Shown: positions 10,664 to 23,041, counted from the first letter of the stretch. The stretch is DNA of 64,000 nucleotides from Histomonas meleagridis 2922-C6/04-290x (GCA_020184695.1 JAANOX010000130.1:1-64000), one strand, 5' to 3'. Notes: generated by a model from the sequence alone, not told the origin. Numbers and translations: made by a program.

Positions 10664-12028
10664 CTAATTGTTTTTAGTCAATTTTTCCAAGTTAGTCAAT
10701 ATTATTCTTGCTATATCCACAATTTCCTTATTGTTTGACTGCTCCAAGAACTCCTGACACTTTTGCATAATGAACTCGCACTGATTGTGAAGTTTACATA
10801 TCGTTCTTGAATTTACGATACAATTATATAAACCGTCAAGAAATGGCAACATGTATTGAGGGTCATCAAACTCGAACAAGTCTTGGAAAGGCATAAAGAA
10901 TATATCTTCTTGAAAATAATGATCTACGATTTCGATATTAACATATCCCATGAAATTAGCGAAACAATTTATTGCTTCTCTTTTTTCCTTCAGTTTAAAC
11001 TTCGGATAACCAATTAGGAACGTTTCAATCAGTTTATGGATATCAGCTGTCGAATTCATATAAAAAGAATTCGCAAACACAAAACTGATCAATGAAATAG
11101 CTTCGAATCGTGAGTCGACATGTTCTTGTGTTAACAAATATATAATTAAATTATTAATTGTCTCATAACAACAATTTGGATATTGGATTTGATTGTTCTT
11201 GAGGATGTATTCAAGTAATATAAGTACAAGTTGTGTGGATTCGTTGTTTTGTATACCTAAATAATATAAACGATTAAAGAAACTTTCGCAATCATAATCG
11301 TTGAAATACGTTAACGACTCGGGACTCTTAATAATAACCTTAATTAATGAATATAAGGATGAATATATGATGGAGGGAGACGTGTGATTGATGAAAATAG
11401 AAAAAATAGAAAACATTTCATTGATGGAATCATCATCAATTACGGGTATAAATTGCGAGGCAAGTTCAAGGTGGATACTAAGCTCTTCGCTTTGATAAAG
11501 AGTACTGGATTTGAGATATTCAAGAAAATATGGGAAAAACGTGATTCGGAAATTACTTACTGAGTCAGGTATAGCACGGACAATGTGGTATATCGTGACT
11601 GAAATTTGGTTTTTAACACCTACAGGAAAGGTTGAGTATCCTTCAAATTGAATATTCTTGATGTTTTCATAAACAACTTTAGCAAGCTTTTTGCTGTTGG
11701 TAATAAAGGAAAAAGTTTCAAAAATATTTTGATAAATTTCAAGATGCCTTTCGAATTGAGGTAAACGAGAAATAAATCGTTCAACATATTCTTTCTTGAC
11801 ACTGTCAATACCAACATTAATAAAGTCATCTTTTATTTTTTCGATTTCATCAAATTGAAGAATTCGAAAACTTGATAATAAATCTTTTTCCAATTCATCA
11901 AGTTCTGCTGATTTGTCAATCTCTTCAGGTGACATAGGGGAGTTTTGAACAAAGTTAGGATCCGGAAGTTCGAATGTATTGTGATATCGATTTAATTTAT
12001 CGATTTTCACGAACTTGGGCACTTCCAT
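10664..12028 (-). CDS. ARM/HEAT-like alpha-helical hypothetical protein
   Basis: Long ORF with an amphipathic helical pattern. Probable ATG at 12028, with AACGGTT 7-13 nt upstream. Confidence 0.7.
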   Translation of the reverse strand: MEVPKFVKIDKLNRYHNTFELPDPNFVQNSPMSPEEIDKSAELDELEKDLLSSFRILQFDEIEKIKDDFINVGIDSVKKEYVERFISRLPQFERHLEIYQNIFETFSFITNSKKLAKVVYENIKNIQFEGYSTFPVGVKNQISVTIYHIVRAIPDSVSNFRITFFPYFLEYLKSSTLYQSEELSIHLELASQFIPVIDDDSINEMFSIFSIFINHTSPSIIYSSLYSLIKVIIKSPESLTYFNDYDCESFFNRLYYLGIQNNESTQLVLILLEYILKNNQIQYPNCCYETINNLIIYLLTQEHVDSRFEAISLISFVFANSFYMNSTADIHKLIETFLIGYPKFKLKEKREAINCFANFMGYVNIEIVDHYFQEDIFFMPFQDLFEFDDPQYMLPFLDGLYNCIVNSRTICKLHNQCEFIMQKCQEFLEQSNNKEIVDIARIILTNLEKLTKNN

Positions 12029-14481
12029 GAATATAACCGTTGCGTTTTCGGTTATTAAACTCTCAGCGATGATCAAGAAAAGGAAAAGCTGAAAAGCAAT
12101 TTAGAAAAATAAATCAAAATTGATTACGAATTGAACCATAACTCAGGCATGTTGGTTAAAAAAATTAAAGGAAGTAACATTAAAAAAATTAAAATTTAAA
12201 AAAATTAATTTTGATTATAAATTTTTTAATCAATGTAAGGAACCCTATGGTTAGTGAAAACATAAAAATACTGTTTACTTTAAGAGTTTGAATACTTTTA
12301 ATTTCAAATGCAGAAGCAAATGATGATAGGATTACTTTATACAAGCAAGTATTTACAGTTGTACGTCTTCGTTGATTTTGAGATGAAAAACCAAAAATTT
12401 TTCTGGTGCATTGCATCAAATAATTCTTGAAGTAGAAGCTAGCATGAAATTTAACCAAGTACTTAAATCCTTTGGAAATTTGCAATATATCTATTACCTA
12501 GAAAAATTTGCGCATGACAAAGAAATCTTCGGAAGGACACATTTTCGTGCACTTTTTAAATTATGAGACACTTTGGATAAATTCGGCTTCCCCACAAAAA
12601 TCTACAATTATTTTGACGATCAAAGTTGGTTCAAATTTAGGTTTAAATTGATAATAATCGGCTCGAAAGTGGGTTTGTTGAAAATTGAGGGAATTTTGTT
12701 ATCATTAACAAAAAAGAAATAACTTTGAAACAGGATAAAAGAATGAGCAAATACCAATATTAGAAAGTGTTGTGATAGAATCAAAAACCAAATGCTTACA
12801 AAAAATTCAAAATTTGAAATAATTCAATGTAAAAGGCTCTTTTCGTTTCCTGTTATTATTGATTTCTGCGACAGTAATCCACAATTAATGTTTTCACTGT
12901 TTGTATTAATATATTCTCGAAATTTATTTGGTCTGATTTTTTCCTTTGTTTGAATTTGCTTTTTTAATAGAGACTATTTATCTGTAATAAAAATTAATTG
13001 AAAAACTTGAAGAAAATTAAAAAAAAACTTTAATTTAAGATATTCATTTTGATTAATGAGATCATTGTTTTGTGTATTCTTTGACCCTGAAACAGAATTG
13101 AATAAATTAATCATGTTTCCGCTGATAAAGCGATAAATTTTGTATGTGAAATCATGATTTTAGCGAACTTTAAATTCTTTCAAACATCCCAGAATCCCCT
13201 CATATAATTCAATGTGTGCTTTCAAACCCAAAGTACTTTTTCAATACAATCTAAAGTCGCCGATGGTCAAAATGACTTTCATTCTGGACATAGTCCATAA
13301 TTTAATTCAATTTTTCTGTTCATTGAGATCATCTCTCAATTTTGTGAATGCCTCATTTCTTCGTAAATTTTTTTTCCTAAATACAGCATTCATTTTAGGA
13401 ACGTTTTTCAATAGTAATTTGTTTTGGTCTACAAAATTTCAATGCATCGTGTAAAAAATTTGAATGAACATGCTGATTATATGGCTAAAGATCTGTTTGC
13501 AGAAAATCTTTTCTGGGCATTTGTTATCCTGCGAGTAAAATGCCAAACCAATATCACCACCCACTATCTCATAAACGCAGTTACGTTTGGGTCTTCAAAT
13601 CACTAAGAAAACAGATATATATAAAATTATATATTCATACATTACAGATCAGTAAGATATTTGAAACTATCCGAAAATAACATAAATAGAGTTTTGATTG
13701 TTGTCAAACTAATTCTTAATGATAATATTCAGAAATTTATATATCAAAATCATTTTTGCAATATTTTGATACTGTGAATCAGAAGCTATATCAAATTTCC
13801 AACATAATATTATTCTTTAAGGATGCATTAGATTTCGATTATATATAATATTGCTTTACATTTGAACCAATGCAGAGCACATAAAAAACTGTAGAAAAGA
13901 TAAACTTTGAAGCTTATCTTTCCTACATATATTAATTTATGTTTAGATATGATATGCTATCTTTGATTCTCCAAAAATATAACCCACTTTGGGTAAATTT
14001 TGGAACCAATAAGGCATCGATATTCTGGGTCTTTTTATGCGGGCATCATCGAGTTGCATCGTTTCAATTTAGTTTATTCAATTTTTTTTTAAAAACCTCG
14101 AAACAAAAAGCAATTTCACATCGATTAAAAGGAGCCTGCTGAAACAGCTGGTATTCAATAAATTGAATGGGGACAGTAGCGGTTAGATTCTGGTCGTTGT
14201 TTTTCTGCTGGAAAACAAAAGTTGAAAAAATTCATTTTTCTTGTTATGTTAATAATTTCGGATATTGTTATTAAGTATTCTTCAATGAAGTATTTATGTG
14301 ATATTCATGTTGTAATTAAGTGCTATTATTTTGAAAGCATGTCACAAAAAAATCATTTTATATCTTTGGTACCCAAAACAATATTCAAAAAGTTGTTACA
14401 ACCATAGAATTTCTATTGGATTTTTTCTATATAGTTTGTGTTTAAAACTTTCAAAATTGTGAAATTTGTCCAGAATACAAA

Positions 14482-15504
14482 ATGATGCTCAAGCCGGAAC
14501 AGCAAATCAGCTTACTCGAAATGCAACAAATATTGCCTGAGCATCATTACCATTTCAAAAGGGTTATAGGCGCTGGCGGTTTTGGTTCTGTTTTTCTTGT
14601 GCATTCAGATAAATATAATCAAGAATTTTGCATAAAACGAATCAATCAGCCAAAACTAAAGCACGATGAAACTAAAAATGAAGCAACAACATTGGTAAGA
14701 TTATGTCATCCAAATATCATATCAATGTATGAATTCTTTTTCGATGATCCTCATTTAAACTTATACATAGTATTAGAATATTGTGGAGGAGGTTCATTAA
14801 AAGACCTTATTGAGAAAGAAGGACCAATACGTCCTCCAAAGTTATATTCTTATTGCTATCAAATAATGAAAGCACTTTTATATTGTCATGAGCAAAATGT
14901 TGCACATCGAGATATAAAACCGGAAAACATTTTGTTGGACAATTATGGAAGACCAAAGCTTGCCGATTTTGGCTTGAGTAAAAAGTTAGGGAAAGGAGAA
15001 AAAGTAAATAGTTATACAGGTTCACGTCCATTTATGGCACCTGAAATTATATCCAGACAAAATACAGATCCGTTCTTAGCAGACATATGGTCACTTGGAA
15101 TCACATTTTACACAATTGCATTCGGGAAGCTTCCATGGAATGTTCGCACGAATGAGGAATTGGATGTGGCGATTCAATTAGGATCGATAGCTTTCCCTTC
15201 ATATGCCGACGCAAGGTTTTGCATTTTAATCCGTTCAATGACTGCTATTAATCCGGCTAAAAGAGAGCCGTTGTCAAAGTTGATTAGATCACCATTGTTT
15301 GATGAGATTCAAAAGCATAATTATTCTGCACTTTATCCATCCAATAAAAGACCTAACAAGGACTTGTCGTATAGGAAACAATCACTATATATTCCTATGA
15401 CTGCTTCCCATGGAAGATTTATTTACAGATACAACAATAACTTGTGTGTGTCAAATAAGCCAAAGCTAAAACAGGAGTCACAGCTGCAGAAAACTTTTGC
15501 TTAA
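14482..15504 (+). CDS. Ser/Thr protein kinase (CAMK-like, parabasalid expanded family)
   Basis: GAGGFG, CIK, HRDIKPEN, DFG, GSRPFMAPE, DIWSLG motifs. Confidence 0.95.
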   Translation: MMLKPEQQISLLEMQQILPEHHYHFKRVIGAGGFGSVFLVHSDKYNQEFCIKRINQPKLKHDETKNEATTLVRLCHPNIISMYEFFFDDPHLNLYIVLEYCGGGSLKDLIEKEGPIRPPKLYSYCYQIMKALLYCHEQNVAHRDIKPENILLDNYGRPKLADFGLSKKLGKGEKVNSYTGSRPFMAPEIISRQNTDPFLADIWSLGITFYTIAFGKLPWNVRTNEELDVAIQLGSIAFPSYADARFCILIRSMTAINPAKREPLSKLIRSPLFDEIQKHNYSALYPSNKRPNKDLSYRKQSLYIPMTASHGRFIYRYNNNLCVSNKPKLKQESQLQKTFA

Positions 15505-16562
15505 TAATGTTTGAATAAATATTTTTCACAAATTGCTTTAAATTTAAATTTGCATTCACCGATCGAAAGAGCCAAAGTGATTATTTTGACGTCATTTTAA
15601 ACGGAATGAAAGTTCTATAAGTTTGAGATAATTTGTTTCTTCATAAATTTTTATGATAATATTTGAAACTTTTGAGTTCTTGTTACTATAAGAGAGGAGT
15701 GGCATCTAAAGAGAAGAAGTAGAAGTCTTGGGAATTTAATGTTTCACCTCTGTTTTGGCTATTGCCTACGTAATGATTCTCCGAAAGCATAAAATTGTTG
15801 TGATGATTCTCTTTGAGAGGGAAAATTGAGTCAAACCCTTACCAGAAGATTTTGAAATTTCTGAAGTATACTTCGGGTTTGAATACTATGGTGAAAAATT
15901 TAAGTGTTAACAATAAATTCAATGATGCTTTTTCAATAGGGCTTAAATCAAAGACCCTATCGTTTGTAGTAATTATGGGTATGGTTGTTTTGCTTTGGTC
16001 ATGATTTTGATAATAAATTAAATGAAAGTGAACTTTTTGCGTGCGCCCACAGGCATTGCTTCAATATTGGGAGTTCAATTTATCATAAATTTTTGAAATA
16101 ATTTTTCACACTTGATTTTCGTTTTATGATAATTTAATTATTTCTTATCTGCTATTAAGATTTCATGCACCAGTGTCGTAACCTGATTCTCTATTATGAC
16201 TTCTTAATATAAATAGGCAATAGCGAATACTTAAAAATTTTGATAATCACCAAAAACTTTTTCTACAATATTTGATGATTCAATAATAATACTATACATT
16301 TAAATTCGTCCAATTAATTGGATTTTATAAATATATATTCGCAAGAAAGTTGATGCTTATTCTATATCAATTTTTTTTACAATATATCAAATTTACGTAG
16401 AAGATATGTTTTATTTACAAAGAAAAATATCATGCGATTATTCGATCTGCAGAAAATTCATTAATAATATCTAAACATACAAATGCTGTATACAATATAA
16501 GCTCAGTTCTTAACATAAGTTTATGATATAAATTTTTTGAGAAAGCCAAATCTTAAATAATG

Positions 16563-16576
16563 AAAAAAAACAAAAA
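16563..16576 (-). terminator. Pol III oligo-T terminator of tRNA-Gly
   Basis: TTTTTGTTTTTTTT immediately 3' of the tRNA on the minus strand. Confidence 0.75.
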
Positions 16577-16577
16577 T

Positions 16578-16648
16578 TGCATCGCCCGGGAATCGGACCC
16601 GGACCCCCAGCTTGGCAAGCTGAAATTCTACCATTAGACCAGCGATGC
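16578..16648 (-). tRNA. trnG-GCC: tRNA-Gly(GCC)
   Basis: 71 nt. Acceptor stem GCATCGC/GCGATGC+A, anticodon arm TCAGC-TTGCCAA-GCTGG, T-arm CCGGG-TCCGATT-CCCGG. Confidence 0.92.
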
Positions 16649-17017
16649 AGTTGTAATTTAGGATTTGTTACATTAATTAAATATTTATTTCAAGAAAAAA
16701 CACTAAAATTTTTCTGAAATAATTAAGGAATGCTTAACATATCCAAATTAATTATTTGAACACCAAATAAGTTGTAATTTGTTATTACTAAATAGCATCT
16801 ATACTTTTCTATTTTAAAAAGAAGGTAAACTTCAATAATTTTATTGAAATATAAGAGATTGATTGTGAAAACTGTGTAATTATTTTGAATTTTTTTGGTT
16901 TAAATTAAACAACCAATTGATTAGATGCTTTTATTGTTTGAACATGAACTTCCATGCGAAATTCACATTTTAGCTTCGAAACAAACGTTTATTATTACCG
17001 TCACTTTTCATAAGCAA

Positions 17018-20000
17018 ATGAGCTCTGCAGATGGCGAAGAAATACCACAATTAAATGAAAAGCAGAAATATGCTCTTATAACAACACAAGCAGCTAAAGC
17101 CCTCCAAGAGGTTCATACCAAATCTAATATTGCTTTAAATGAAAAGATCAACTCTTTATTAAAACAAGTAAATGAATTACAAGACACTTTGACAATGAAA
17201 GGGAAAGAAATCCAAGGACTAGAGGAAGTTGTCAATGGTTTACAACAAAAAAAAGAGCAATTATTTCAAAGTGCCGAAGATTTCCAAAATCAGTTAAAGC
17301 TCAATGAGGAAGAAAGCAAAAATATTTATGCTAAGCTAAACAACTTTTTTAATAAATTTGATGAAATAACGTCAAATTTACTTATGGAAGGCGATAATAA
17401 AATAACTAAATTTTATGATGACTATGAACGAGTGTCATCTTCAATATTATCAAGAGTTAAAGATTACAATGAACTATTTAAGGAGGCCGAAAGGATGCTT
17501 GCTGAAGTTGAAGAAAGAGAAAAACAAATTGAAGAACTCAAACAAGCAAATAATACAAAAGAAGATGAAATCAATGAATTAATGAAAGAATTTGAAGAAA
17601 GTAATACAAGTGTCACTGAGAAAGATGAAGAAATTACAAAACTTAAAGAAGAATTATCACAAGTTAAACAGGCAAATGAAGAAAGCATTAAAACAAAAGA
17701 GAATGAAATTCAAGAAATCTTTCAAGTTGTTGAAGAAAATAACAACGAAATAGAAAAACTTAAAAAAGAACTTGAACAAGCGAAAGCAGAAAACGAATCG
17801 TTAAAGAATAATAACGAAGAAAACGCATCAAGTACAAATAATGAAATCGAAAAACTTAAAGAAGAACTTGAACAAGCGAAAGCAGAAAATGAAACATTAA
17901 AAAATGCAAATGAAGAAGCATCAGCAAGCAAAGAGAATGAAATATCTCAACTCATAGAGGAACTTGAACAAGCGAAAGCAGAAAATGAAACATTAAAGAA
18001 AAACAACGAAGAAAACGCGTCAAATGCAAATAACGAAATCGAAAAACTTAAAGAAGAACTTGAACAAGCTAAAGCAGAAAATGAACAGTTAAAGAATGCA
18101 AATGAAGAGACATCAGCAAGCAAAGAGAATGAAATATCCCAACTCATAGAGGAACTTGAACAAGCGAAAGCAGAAAATGAAACATTAAAGAAAAACAACG
18201 AAGAAAACGCGTCAAATACAAATAATGAAATCGAAAAACTTAAAGAAGAACTTGAACAAGCGAAAGCAGAAAATGAAACATTAAAAAATGCAAATGAAGA
18301 AGCATCAGCAAGCAAAGAGAATGAAATATCTCAACTCATCGAAGAACTTGAAAAGGCTAAAGCAGAAAATGAAACATTAAGGAATGCAAATGAAGAAGCA
18401 TCAGCAAGTAAAGATAGTGAAATTGAAAAACTTAATAAAGAATTAGAAGCAATGAAATCCGAAATGGAACAAATAAAGAATACAAATGAAGAAAATATTA
18501 AGGAAAAAGATAACGAAATTGAGAAAATTAATGGAGAGTTAGCGCAGATCAAAGCAGAAAACGAACAGTTAAAGAATGCAAATGAAAAAACTGCTTCAGA
18601 CAAAGATAATGAAATTGAAAAACTCAAAGAAGAACTTGAAAAATCTAAAGCCGACAATGAAATATTAAGGAATGCAAATGAAGAAGCATCAGCAAGCAAA
18701 GAGAATGAAATATCGCAACTCATAGAAGAACTTGAAAAGGCTAAAGCAGAAAGTGAAACATTAAAGAATGCAAATGAAGAAGCATCTGCAAGTAAAGATA
18801 GTGAAATTGAAAAACTTAATAAAGAATTAGAAGCAATGAAATCCGAAATGGAACAAATAAAGAATACAAATGAAGAAAATATTAAGGAAAAAGATGATAA
18901 AATATCACAACTTGGTGAAGAACTTGAAAAAGTTAAAGCAGAAAGCGAACAGTTAAAGAATACAAATGAAGAAAATATTAAGGAAAAAGATAACGAAATT
19001 GAGAGACTTAATGAAGAATTAACACAAATCAAAGCAGAAAATGAATCATTAAAGAATACAAACAAAGAAGCATCCGCAAGTAAAGATAGCGAAATCGAAA
19101 AACTTAACGAAGAAATTACACAAATTAAATCCGAAATGGATCAAATGAGGAATTCAAACGAAGAAATAATATCGAATAAGGACAACGAAATTAATAAACT
19201 TAATACAGAAATCGAACAATTAAAGAATACAACTGAAGAAGCATCCGCAAGTAAAGATAGCGAAATCGAAAAACTTAACGAAGAAATTACACAAATTAAA
19301 TCCGAAATGGAACAAATGAGGAATTCAAACGAAGAAATAATATCGAATAAGGACAACGAAATTAATAAACTAAATACAGAAATCGAACAATTAAAGAATA
19401 CAACTGAAGAAGCATCTGCAAACAAAGATAACGAAATCACAAAACTTAAAGAAGAACTTGAAAAGGCTAAAGTAGAAAGCGAAACATTAAAGAATACAAC
19501 TGACGAAGCATCTGCAAACAAAGATAATGAAATCACGAAACTTAAAGAAGAAATTGCACAAATCAAATCCGAAATGGAACAAGTAAAGAGTCATAATGAA
19601 GAAATAATATCGAATAAGGACAACGAAATTTCTCAACTAAACGAAGAATTGGAAAATGTTAAAAAAGCGAATGAAGAAAATATCAAAGCCAAAGAGAACG
19701 AAATCGAAGAATTCATGCGCATTGTCGAAGATAGCGATAAAGAAAATCAGAAACTTAAAGAGGAACTTGAACATGTTAAATCAGATTATGAATTATTAAA
19801 GAATAACAATGATAACAAAGAAATAATTGCAAACAAAGACAACGAAATTAGCAAACTCAATGAAGAAATTGAGCAAATTAAATCAGAAAACGAACAATTA
19901 AAGAATAATAATAACGAAATTACAGTTAACAAAGACAATGAAATTAAAAAACTTAATGAAGAACTAGAAAAAGTTAAATCAGATTATGAAACATTAAAGA

Positions 20001-23000
20001 GTAATAATGAAGAAATAATTACAAATAAAGATAATGAAATAACTGAACTCAAAGGAGAAATAGAACAAATTAAATCAGACAAAGAATCATTAAATAACCA
20101 ATTAATGACATCAGTTAATGAAAGTTCTGAAACAATTAAAAACAAAGCTAACGAAATCGAAAAACTTAACGAAGAATTATCACAAATTAAATCAGATTAT
20201 GAAACATTGAAGAATACAAATGAAGAAACAACTACGAATAAGGATAACGAAATTAGCAAACTCAACGAACAAATAACACAAATTAGAACTGAAAATGAAG
20301 AATTGAAGAATAACAATAACGAAATTACAGTTAACAAAGATAATGAAATTGAGAAACTCAAAGAAGAAATTGAGCAAATTAAATCAGAAAACGAATTACT
20401 AAAGAATAACAACGATGACAAAGAAATAATTGCAAACAAAGATAACGAAATTGAGAAACTCAAAGCAGAACTTGAGCAAATTAAATCAGAATATGAAACA
20501 TCGAAGAATAATAGTGACCAAACAATTGCAAATAAAGAAGACGAAATCAAAGAACTTAAAGAAGAATTAGAACAATGTAAATCAGATTTTGAATCGTTGA
20601 ATAATGAATTTAAGAAAGCGATGCAATCCACCGACGAAAGTTCTGAAACAATTAAAAACAAAGATAACGAAATCGAAAAACTTAACGAAGAGTTGTCACG
20701 AGTTAAAAGTGAAAATGAGCAATTAAAGAATAATAATGAAGAAATAATTGCAAGTCAAGACAATGAAATTGAAAAACTTAAAGAGGAACTTGAACATGTT
20801 AAATCAGATTATGAATTATTAAAGAATAACAATGACCACAAAGAAATAATTGCAAATAAAGACAGCGAAATTAGCAAACTCAATGAAGAAATTGAGCAAA
20901 TTAAATCAGAAAACGAACAATTAAAGAATAATAATAACGAAATTACAGTTAACAAAGACCATGAAATTGAAAAACTCAATGAAGAAATCGAACGAATTAA
21001 ATCAGATTATGAAACATTCAAGAGTAATAGTGAAGAAACAACTACGAATAAGGATAACGAAATTAGCAAACTCAACGAACAAATAACACAAATTAGAACT
21101 GAAAATGAAGAATTGAAGAATAACAATAACGAAATTACAGTTAACAAAGATAATGAAATTGAGAAACTCAAAGAAGAAATTGAGCAAATTAAATCAGAAA
21201 ACGAATTACTAAAGAATAACAACGATGACAAAGATAAAATCACAAAACTTAACGAAGAAATTGCACAAATTAAATCCGAAATGGAACAGGTAAAGAGTCA
21301 TAATGAAGAAATAATATCGAATAAGGACAACGAAATTAATAAACTAAATACAGAAATCGAACAATTAAAGAATACAACTGAAGAAGCATCCGCAAACAAA
21401 GATAACGAAATCACAAAACTTAAAGAAGAACTTGAAAAGGCTAAAGCAGAAAGCGAAACATTAAAGAACATAAATGAAGAAAATACTACTGATAAAGATA
21501 ATGTAATCGAAAGACTTAAAGAACAATTAGAACAAGTTAAAGCAGAAATCGAACATAACAGAAGCAATGAAATAGCGCTCATTAAAGAAGAACTTGAACA
21601 AGTCAAATTAGAAAATGAATCATTAAAGAGTAATAATGATAACAATGAAATAATTACAAGAAAAGACGAAGAAATCGAAAGACTTAATGAACAATTAGAA
21701 CAAATTCAAGTAGAAAACAAAGAATTAAATAATGAATTTACTGAATTAATGAATTCACTTAAAGAAAGTAGCAAAAGTATTAAAGATAAAGAAAATGAAA
21801 TCGAAAAACTGAACGAAGAATTATCGCGAGTTAAAAGTGAAAATGAACTTCTACAGAGACTTAACGAAGAAGAAGATTCAAACGATGCTGTCCAAGCATT
21901 GTATCAACAAATTAAAGATAAAGATAACGAAATCGCAAAACTTAATGAACAAATCGAAACATTGAATAATAATAACAATGAAATAATGTTCAATAAGGAA
22001 AATGAAATTCGGCAAATTAATGCACAGTTCGAATCACTAAAGAATGATAGCAATGAAACAATTTCATCCAAAGATAATGAAATTGCGAAACTTAAAGGTG
22101 AAATCGAACGAATTACATCTGAATACGAATCTTTGAAGAACAACAACGAAGTAATTTCATCCAAAGATAATGAAATTGCGAAACTTAAAGAAGAAATCGA
22201 GCAAATTACATCCGAAAACGAATCATTAAAGAACAACAACGAAGTAATTTCATCCAAAGACAAAGAAATTGCGCAACTCAAGTCGCAACTGAGTACACTT
22301 AGTAGCAGCGCCGCATTTACGTCAAGAGGCGTTCCGCAACTTACTGAAATAAACAGCGAAATCTCCGACAAAGACGAAGAGATTTCGCGGCTTCGAACAG
22401 AGTTATCATTAGTTAAGTCGCAAAACGTTAATAGTAATCACACAACAGATTCGACACTTCTAATTAACACGTTAAACACTAAAGCGGAACTTCTTCAAGT
22501 TCAACTTGACGAATCACATGAAAAGAACCAAATGTTAATTACATGTTTAGATGACATTACAAAGAAACTTCAGATATTACAAAGTAATTATAACTCAAAT
22601 AATTCGCAAATTGAAGAACTTAAACAACAAATTGTTATCACTAATAACGAAAACAATTCACTTAAAAATGAAAATTCACAATTACAAAACTCATTAAATG
22701 AATTCGATGTTGTTAAAAATGAAATTAAAATGTTACAAAAGTATTTCGACGATTTATGTAATAAAAGAAATACAACAAAACCAACGCTAAGTAAAATTAA
22801 CATAATAAAATTCGACGAATGTTATAAATCATTAAAATTGGAAAATGATAACTTACAAAAACAAATTAACGACATAAGAAACAAAGGCGAATATATACCG
22901 GCGGAGGAAATAATTGTAAATGTGCCCGGAAAAGGCGCAAAGGCACAAATAAGAGAAACTGTGAAACATGCACAGAATAGCGTATTCACAGTCAGAATAG

Positions 23001-23041
23001 CGCAGCCAAGGCCAGTGATACCAAGAAATAAAAGCAAATAA
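17018..23041 (+). CDS. Giant repetitive coiled-coil protein (~2007 aa; type often annotated as A-type-inclusion-like in trichomonads)
   Basis: Uninterrupted 6-kb ORF, E/K/N-rich. Probable ATG at 17018 after Inr TCACTTT. Confidence 0.9.
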   Translation: MSSADGEEIPQLNEKQKYALITTQAAKALQEVHTKSNIALNEKINSLLKQVNELQDTLTMKGKEIQGLEEVVNGLQQKKEQLFQSAEDFQNQLKLNEEESKNIYAKLNNFFNKFDEITSNLLMEGDNKITKFYDDYERVSSSILSRVKDYNELFKEAERMLAEVEEREKQIEELKQANNTKEDEINELMKEFEESNTSVTEKDEEITKLKEELSQVKQANEESIKTKENEIQEIFQVVEENNNEIEKLKKELEQAKAENESLKNNNEENASSTNNEIEKLKEELEQAKAENETLKNANEEASASKENEISQLIEELEQAKAENETLKKNNEENASNANNEIEKLKEELEQAKAENEQLKNANEETSASKENEISQLIEELEQAKAENETLKKNNEENASNTNNEIEKLKEELEQAKAENETLKNANEEASASKENEISQLIEELEKAKAENETLRNANEEASASKDSEIEKLNKELEAMKSEMEQIKNTNEENIKEKDNEIEKINGELAQIKAENEQLKNANEKTASDKDNEIEKLKEELEKSKADNEILRNANEEASASKENEISQLIEELEKAKAESETLKNANEEASASKDSEIEKLNKELEAMKSEMEQIKNTNEENIKEKDDKISQLGEELEKVKAESEQLKNTNEENIKEKDNEIERLNEELTQIKAENESLKNTNKEASASKDSEIEKLNEEITQIKSEMDQMRNSNEEIISNKDNEINKLNTEIEQLKNTTEEASASKDSEIEKLNEEITQIKSEMEQMRNSNEEIISNKDNEINKLNTEIEQLKNTTEEASANKDNEITKLKEELEKAKVESETLKNTTDEASANKDNEITKLKEEIAQIKSEMEQVKSHNEEIISNKDNEISQLNEELENVKKANEENIKAKENEIEEFMRIVEDSDKENQKLKEELEHVKSDYELLKNNNDNKEIIANKDNEISKLNEEIEQIKSENEQLKNNNNEITVNKDNEIKKLNEELEKVKSDYETLKSNNEEIITNKDNEITELKGEIEQIKSDKESLNNQLMTSVNESSETIKNKANEIEKLNEELSQIKSDYETLKNTNEETTTNKDNEISKLNEQITQIRTENEELKNNNNEITVNKDNEIEKLKEEIEQIKSENELLKNNNDDKEIIANKDNEIEKLKAELEQIKSEYETSKNNSDQTIANKEDEIKELKEELEQCKSDFESLNNEFKKAMQSTDESSETIKNKDNEIEKLNEELSRVKSENEQLKNNNEEIIASQDNEIEKLKEELEHVKSDYELLKNNNDHKEIIANKDSEISKLNEEIEQIKSENEQLKNNNNEITVNKDHEIEKLNEEIERIKSDYETFKSNSEETTTNKDNEISKLNEQITQIRTENEELKNNNNEITVNKDNEIEKLKEEIEQIKSENELLKNNNDDKDKITKLNEEIAQIKSEMEQVKSHNEEIISNKDNEINKLNTEIEQLKNTTEEASANKDNEITKLKEELEKAKAESETLKNINEENTTDKDNVIERLKEQLEQVKAEIEHNRSNEIALIKEELEQVKLENESLKSNNDNNEIITRKDEEIERLNEQLEQIQVENKELNNEFTELMNSLKESSKSIKDKENEIEKLNEELSRVKSENELLQRLNEEEDSNDAVQALYQQIKDKDNEIAKLNEQIETLNNNNNEIMFNKENEIRQINAQFESLKNDSNETISSKDNEIAKLKGEIERITSEYESLKNNNEVISSKDNEIAKLKEEIEQITSENESLKNNNEVISSKDKEIAQLKSQLSTLSSSAAFTSRGVPQLTEINSEISDKDEEISRLRTELSLVKSQNVNSNHTTDSTLLINTLNTKAELLQVQLDESHEKNQMLITCLDDITKKLQILQSNYNSNNSQIEELKQQIVITNNENNSLKNENSQLQNSLNEFDVVKNEIKMLQKYFDDLCNKRNTTKPTLSKINIIKFDECYKSLKLENDNLQKQINDIRNKGEYIPAEEIIVNVPGKGAKAQIRETVKHAQNSVFTVRIAQPRPVIPRNKSK
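17730..22290 (+). repeat. Intragenic tandem repeats, mainly 96-nt (32-aa) and 75-nt (25-aa) units with higher-order block duplications
   Basis: Units such as NEIEKLKEELEQAKAENETLKNANEEASASKE (32 aa) and NEINKLNTEIEQLKNTTEEASASKD (25 aa). Near-identical blocks at ~20190 and ~21000 (810-nt offset). Boundaries approximate. Confidence 0.9.

Noticed and set aside
13510-13610. Kinase relic on the minus strand (DLK.., GDIGLA)
   Set aside because: Motifs are short, lie in different frames and are surrounded by stops. Too weak to call.
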